NCBI GenBank assembly: GCA_963721805.1
Contig: CAVRJY010000001.1
Span: 96,001 to 160,000, forward strand
Source of the DNA: Nitrospirota bacterium
GTDB taxonomy: Bacteria > Nitrospirota > Thermodesulfovibrionia > Thermodesulfovibrionales > JdFR-86
Direction: 5' to 3'
DNA length: 64,000 bases
Position numbers and translations under genes: made by a program. Below, piece by piece: positions 59,525 through 64,000 of this stretch. The notes under the pieces were generated by a model that was given only the letters and a program-made list of their open reading frames with translations, made no database searches and was not told the DNA's origin. Numbering within the stretch: position 1 is the stretch's first letter; the number at the start of each line of letters is the position of its first letter.

Positions 59525-59820
59525 CGTTTATTCATTCGCCGGACGCGGTTGGCATTTATTCCCTTGGGATCATATTAGCAACCGAATATGGCGCAAATGT
59601 GGAAGAAATATGGAAGAAATGAGGAAATCCGGCGGGGCAGCGGGCGGTCATCTTTGAGATGATGGAGATAGACATAAATTTACCTGAACCCGCAAAGATG
59701 CCTTATGCGTTTTGAGTGCCCCGCGGAGAACGTCCCTTCACAGTCCGGCTTTACGGATGCGATTCCTTTGTGTGGGGGGGGAGACCCCTGCCGCGGACCG
59801 CTGGGGTATAATATCCAGTC

Positions 59821-61437
59821 ATGGATTTTTTGAAAGATAACCCCTTTAGGGGACGGGTGCTTGCCGCGGTACTGCTCGTTGCGGCGGCTGCCGTATACCT
59901 GGGCTCGCTCGGAGGCGGGTTCGTATGGGACGACGATGCCGTGATACGCCAAAACTTAGGCCGGAGCGGCGTGAGCATCGGCGCGATTTTTCTGGAGCGC
60001 GACACGGCCCTGCCTGAGAGCATGAGCCCGTATTACAGGCCGCTTACCTACCTCTCGTTCTATCTCGACTCGCGGCTCTGGGGCGCGAACCCCGCCGGAT
60101 ACCACGCCGAGAACCTCATGCTGCACATGGCCGCCGTCCTGCTGCTCTTCCTCCTGCTGCGCCGGGCGTCGGGTGACGAGCGGGCGGCCTTCTTCACCGC
60201 GCTCCTCTTTGCGGTCCATCCGGCCGGGGTTGAGCCGGTGAGCTTCCTGGCCGGGGGCAGAAACACGCTCCTGTGCGCGGTCTTAATGCTCGGCTCGGCG
60301 TACGCGTTTCAGCGCATGGAGCGGGGGAGCGGGTTTAGGAAGTGCGCCGCGCCCGGGAGCCTGTTATACGGCCTCTCGCTCATCTCGAAGGAGTCCGGCG
60401 GGGCGCTCCTGCTGTTCGTCCCGTGGTGGCTCTGGCGGAGGCGTCATGCCAAAGAGGCGCTGATCGCTGCCGGGGGGCTCGCCCTTGTCACCGCGGCCTA
60501 CCTCGCGCTTCGGACGAACGCGCTGGGGTTTTTGCTGACCGGCGGCAGGGGGGCGACGAGTCCGGCCCTGGTCCTCCGGAGCCTCTATGAGTACTTCAGG
60601 CTGTTTTTCTGGCCGGTGCGGCTTAACGCGTTTTACCGGATCGGACAGGGGCCGGAATACCTCAAGTGGGCTGTGGCTGTAATCGGAGCCGGCGGGCTTC
60701 TCTGGCTTGCATTGAGGCGGCCTGCCGGAGACGGGCAAGCGCAGGCGCCGCTTTATTGGGGTGCGGCCTGGGCGGTGCTCGGGTTCCTGCCGGTCATAAA
60801 CATAGTCCCGATCCCGAGCGCGCCGGTGGCCGAACGGTACATGTACATCCCGCTGATGGGCCTGTGCTCGATCGCGGGGTACGCCCTTGCCGGGGCGGGC
60901 AGGCGCTGGCCGCGGACCGGCACGGCCCTTGCGCTGTTGATAGCCCTCGCGCTTGCCGGCCGCACCGCGCTGCGCGTCCCTGCATGGCACGACAACCTCT
61001 CGCTCGGCCGGAGCATGGTGCAGTCAGATCCTCAAAGCGGGACCGCCCATGGCTTCCTGGGCGTGGAGTATATGAAGCGCGGCGATTACGGCCCGGCGGC
61101 CCCGGAGCTGAGGGCCGCCGTCTCACTGATGCCGTCCGACCCGCGGGGGTACGTAAACCTGGGCAACCTGAGCTTCCGCACCGGAGACGCGAGGGCGGCG
61201 CTCGAATACTACGGCGAGGCGCTGGCCCTCGGCGTACGCGACAAGCGTATCTACTACAACCTCGGCCTGGCCGCCGAGAAGGCCGGCCTTAAGAGCAAAG
61301 CCGCTGAATATTATGCGAAATTCGTCAATTCCCCCGGCGTCGCACAAGACCCGCTCTACGCCGAATCGCTCGATACGGCCCGCAACAGACTCGCCGCCCT
61401 GGCGGCCCCTCAGCCGCCGGACGCCCCCGGACGATGA
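59821..61437 (+). CDS. TMTC-like GT-C membrane glycosyltransferase with TPRs
   Basis: FVWDD, YYRPL, LFAVHP..VEPV, SKE, AERYMYIP. Confidence 0.82.
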   Translation: MDFLKDNPFRGRVLAAVLLVAAAAVYLGSLGGGFVWDDDAVIRQNLGRSGVSIGAIFLERDTALPESMSPYYRPLTYLSFYLDSRLWGANPAGYHAENLMLHMAAVLLLFLLLRRASGDERAAFFTALLFAVHPAGVEPVSFLAGGRNTLLCAVLMLGSAYAFQRMERGSGFRKCAAPGSLLYGLSLISKESGGALLLFVPWWLWRRRHAKEALIAAGGLALVTAAYLALRTNALGFLLTGGRGATSPALVLRSLYEYFRLFFWPVRLNAFYRIGQGPEYLKWAVAVIGAGGLLWLALRRPAGDGQAQAPLYWGAAWAVLGFLPVINIVPIPSAPVAERYMYIPLMGLCSIAGYALAGAGRRWPRTGTALALLIALALAGRTALRVPAWHDNLSLGRSMVQSDPQSGTAHGFLGVEYMKRGDYGPAAPELRAAVSLMPSDPRGYVNLGNLSFRTGDARAALEYYGEALALGVRDKRIYYNLGLAAEKAGLKSKAAEYYAKFVNSPGVAQDPLYAESLDTARNRLAALAAPQPPDAPGR

Positions 61438-61491
61438 TCCGGGCTTTTAGTAACTATAAGAAAATTTAATCTTACAATTTTAAAATTTACC

Positions 61492-61520
61492 TTGAAAAAA
61501 CCGGATGGAATCTATACTAT
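61492..61520 (+). promoter_or_regulatory. Sigma70-type promoter for adk-sat-apr
   Basis: TTGAAA-N17-TACTAT with an AT-rich upstream tract. Confidence 0.55.
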
Positions 61521-61607
61521 GGGTACTTCGACGAATCGGTTTGTCCCGTTACGGAGACAGTTGTTGTCCGAGTGCGCCGAACGAATAAATATGCGGGGAG
61601 AGCGATT

Positions 61608-62252
61608 ATGAGAATAGTTTTGCTGGGAGCGCCGGGTGCCGGCAAAGGTACGCAGGCGAAGCTTTTGATCGAGAAGTACAAGATTCCGCAGATCTCCACG
61701 GGCGACATGCTCAGGGCTGCCGTTGCAGCCGGGACGCCGCTCGGCAAAGAGGCCAAGGCGATCATGGACAAGGGCGAGTTCGTCTCCGACGCGATCGTTT
61801 TAGGCCTCGTCGAGGAGCGCGTCAAGCAGCCTGACTGCAAGGCCGGGTTCATCCTCGACGGCTTCCCGCGCAACACGAAGCAGGCCGAGGCCCTCGACGC
61901 GCTGCTGACGAAACTGGGCATGCCGATCACGGCAGCGATCAGCGTCGACGTCCCGCTTGACGACCTCATGAAGCGCCTCACCGGCCGCCGGACGTGCAAG
62001 AGCTGCGGCCAGATGTACAACGTCTATTCCACGCCCCCCAAGAAAGAGGGCGTCTGCGACAAGTGCGGCGGCGAGCTCTTCCAGCGCGGCGACGACAACG
62101 AGACGACGATCAAAAAGAGGCTCGACGAGTACGAGAACAAGACCGCGCCGCTCGCCGGCTACTACAAGGCCCAGGGCAAGATGAAGTCCGTCGCCGGCAC
62201 CGGCTCGATAGACGACATATTCAAGAAGATGTGCGCCGCCATCGGCGCTTAG
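61608..62252 (+). CDS. adk: Adenylate kinase (zinc-binding LID)
   Basis: LLGAPGAGKGTQA, ISTGDMLR, LDGFPR, CKSC/CDKC. Confidence 0.96.
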   Translation: MRIVLLGAPGAGKGTQAKLLIEKYKIPQISTGDMLRAAVAAGTPLGKEAKAIMDKGEFVSDAIVLGLVEERVKQPDCKAGFILDGFPRNTKQAEALDALLTKLGMPITAAISVDVPLDDLMKRLTGRRTCKSCGQMYNVYSTPPKKEGVCDKCGGELFQRGDDNETTIKKRLDEYENKTAPLAGYYKAQGKMKSVAGTGSIDDIFKKMCAAIGA

Positions 62253-62282
62253 GCATTTTAAACAAAATTTAAGGAGGACTCA

Positions 62283-63497
62283 ATGGCACTTGTTAATCCG
62301 CATGGCAAACTGAAAAAGCTCATGCCCCTGATGCTCGAGGGCAAGGAGCTGGAGGCCGAGAAGGCCAAGGCTAAGGGGCTGACCCAGGTCAGGATCTCCT
62401 CGCGCGAGGCCGGCGACCTCATAATGCTCGGCATCGGCGGCTTCACGCCGCTGACCGGTTTTATGGGCTATGACGACTGGAAGGGCGTATGCGCCGAGTA
62501 CAAGATGAAGGACGGCACCTTCTGGCCGATCCCGATCACCGTATCGACGACCGAGGGCCAGGCCGACAGCATCAAGATCGGCTCTGAGGTTGCGCTCGTC
62601 TCTGAGGAGTCCGGCGAGATAATGGCCACCATGAAGGTGACCGAGAAGTACAAGATCGACAAGGAGTACGAGTGCAAGCAGGTATATAAGACGACCGAGA
62701 TGGAGCACCCCGGCGTCGTGATGGTAATGAAGCAGGAGGCCGTGAACCTCGCCGGCCCTGTGAAGGTCCTCTCAGAGGGCACCTTCCCGAAGGAATACCC
62801 CGAACTGTACCAGCGCCCGGCCGAGACCCGCAAGTACTTCGAGGACAAGGGCTGGTCCACGGTCGCCGCGTTCCAGACGCGCAACCCCATGCATCGCTCA
62901 CACGAGTACCTCGCCAAGATCGCGGTCGAGATCTGCGACGGCCTCTTCATCCACATGCTGCTTGGCAAGCTGAAGCCGGGCGATATCCCATCTGACGTCC
63001 GCCAGGAGGCTATTGACGTGCTCACCGAGAAGTACTTCGTGAAGGACACGGTCATGGTCGGCGGCTACCCGCTCGACATGCGTTATGCCGGCCCGCGCGA
63101 GGCTCTGCTGCATGCCCTGTTCAGGCAGAACTACGGCTGTAGCCATCTTATTGTTGGCCGCGACCACGCCGGAGTCGGCGAGTACTACGGCCCGTTTGAC
63201 GCCCAGAAGATATTCGACGAGATCCCGAAGGGCGCGCTCGAGACCCAGGCGATGAAGATCGACTGGACGTTCTATTGCAACAAGTGCGAAGGCATGGCCT
63301 CGATGAGGACCTGCCCGCACGGCAAAGAGGACAGGCTCATGCTCTCCGGCACGAAGCTCCGCAAGATGCTCAGCGAGGGCACCGAGGTGCCGGATCACTT
63401 CAGCCGCCCCGAGGTGCTCGCGATACTCCGCAAGTACTACCAGGGACTTACCGAGAAGGTCGAGATCAAGGTCCACAAGTACTCGGAAGGCGTTTAA
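62283..63497 (+). CDS. sat: Sulfate adenylyltransferase (dissimilatory type)
   Basis: [35 protein letters not shown]. Confidence 0.96.
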   Translation: MALVNPHGKLKKLMPLMLEGKELEAEKAKAKGLTQVRISSREAGDLIMLGIGGFTPLTGFMGYDDWKGVCAEYKMKDGTFWPIPITVSTTEGQADSIKIGSEVALVSEESGEIMATMKVTEKYKIDKEYECKQVYKTTEMEHPGVVMVMKQEAVNLAGPVKVLSEGTFPKEYPELYQRPAETRKYFEDKGWSTVAAFQTRNPMHRSHEYLAKIAVEICDGLFIHMLLGKLKPGDIPSDVRQEAIDVLTEKYFVKDTVMVGGYPLDMRYAGPREALLHALFRQNYGCSHLIVGRDHAGVGEYYGPFDAQKIFDEIPKGALETQAMKIDWTFYCNKCEGMASMRTCPHGKEDRLMLSGTKLRKMLSEGTEVPDHFSRPEVLAILRKYYQGLTEKVEIKVHKYSEGV

Positions 63498-63624
63498 TTT
63501 AAAGAACGAACGGGCTCCGGTCCCGGACGTGGGGTGACGGGAACACCCTGCGGCCGGCCCCGGGGTCTAGAACGTAAATGGCGCCAATAAGGCGCATAAC
63601 TTAAGCAAGGAGGAACACCAAGGA

Positions 63625-64000
63625 ATGCCGAGTTTTGTTATCACCGAAAAGTGTGACGGCTGCAAGGCACAGGACAAGACCGCGTGCCAGTACATCTGCC
63701 CGAACGACCTCATGGCCCTCAACAGGGATCTCATGAAGGCCTACAACCAGGAGCCGGAGCAGTGCTGGGAGTGCTACAACTGCGTAAAGATCTGCCCGCA
63801 GCAGGCGATCGAGGTCAGGGGCTATGCCGACTTCGTTCCGCTCGGGGGATCGGTCATCCCGATGAGGGGCACCGACTCCATCATGTGGACCATCAAGTTC
63901 CGTAATGGCAAGGTAAAGAGGTACAAGTTCCCGATCCGCACCACCCCCGAGGGTTCCGTACAGGCGTACAAGGGGCTTCCCGAGGCCGACCTGGCCAACA
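63625..64000 (+). CDS. aprB: Adenylylsulfate reductase beta subunit (partial)
   Basis: MPSFVITEKCDGCKAQDKTACQYICPNDLM...CWECYNCVKICPQ...KFPIRTTPEGS; AGGAGG RBS. Confidence 0.95.
   Translation, partial: MPSFVITEKCDGCKAQDKTACQYICPNDLMALNRDLMKAYNQEPEQCWECYNCVKICPQQAIEVRGYADFVPLGGSVIPMRGTDSIMWTIKFRNGKVKRYKFPIRTTPEGSVQAYKGLPEADLAN

Noticed and set aside
59525..59820. TGGAAGAAAT direct repeat and short ORFs in the divergent intergenic region
   Set aside because: Only two full copies and no recognisable product; likely ordinary promoter DNA.
61440..61607. Rex operator upstream of adk-sat
   Set aside because: AT-rich, but no convincing TTGTGAA-N4-TTCACAA match.

Overview
GC-rich chromosomal window of an anaerobic sulfur-cycling bacterium (adk-sat-aprB at the right end; Nitrospirota/Desulfobacterota-like by inference). 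Housekeeping and metal/Fe-S genes (gyrA end, ppnP, smsCB, fprA, parAB, iscS-like, bioW, hisI, aat, rng) are interleaved with accessory cassettes: a low-GC tandem ATPase + ATPase-HTH-TPR pair, an MmeI-type RM enzyme, two modular secreted collagen/tail-collar proteins and an ars operon. The standout is a compact ~16 kb single-strand virion operon (35.5-51.4 kb). It has a Mu-like head, a non-contractile tail, a 177-aa tape-measure-like gene, a short small-terminase-position gene, a fibre-like repeat protein fused to the tail terminator, an intact -1 chaperone frameshift site and a tandem palindromic operator array. No transposase, integrase, repressor or replication gene is present, so it is a candidate gene-transfer-agent-like domesticated phage. 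Intergenic DNA is built from modular repeats: seven ~123-bp covarying hairpins that often bracket accessory genes as inverted pairs, two ~360-bp fixed-spacing motif arrays, and two short REP-like hairpin families. All family calls come from motif recognition by eye; no searches were run.
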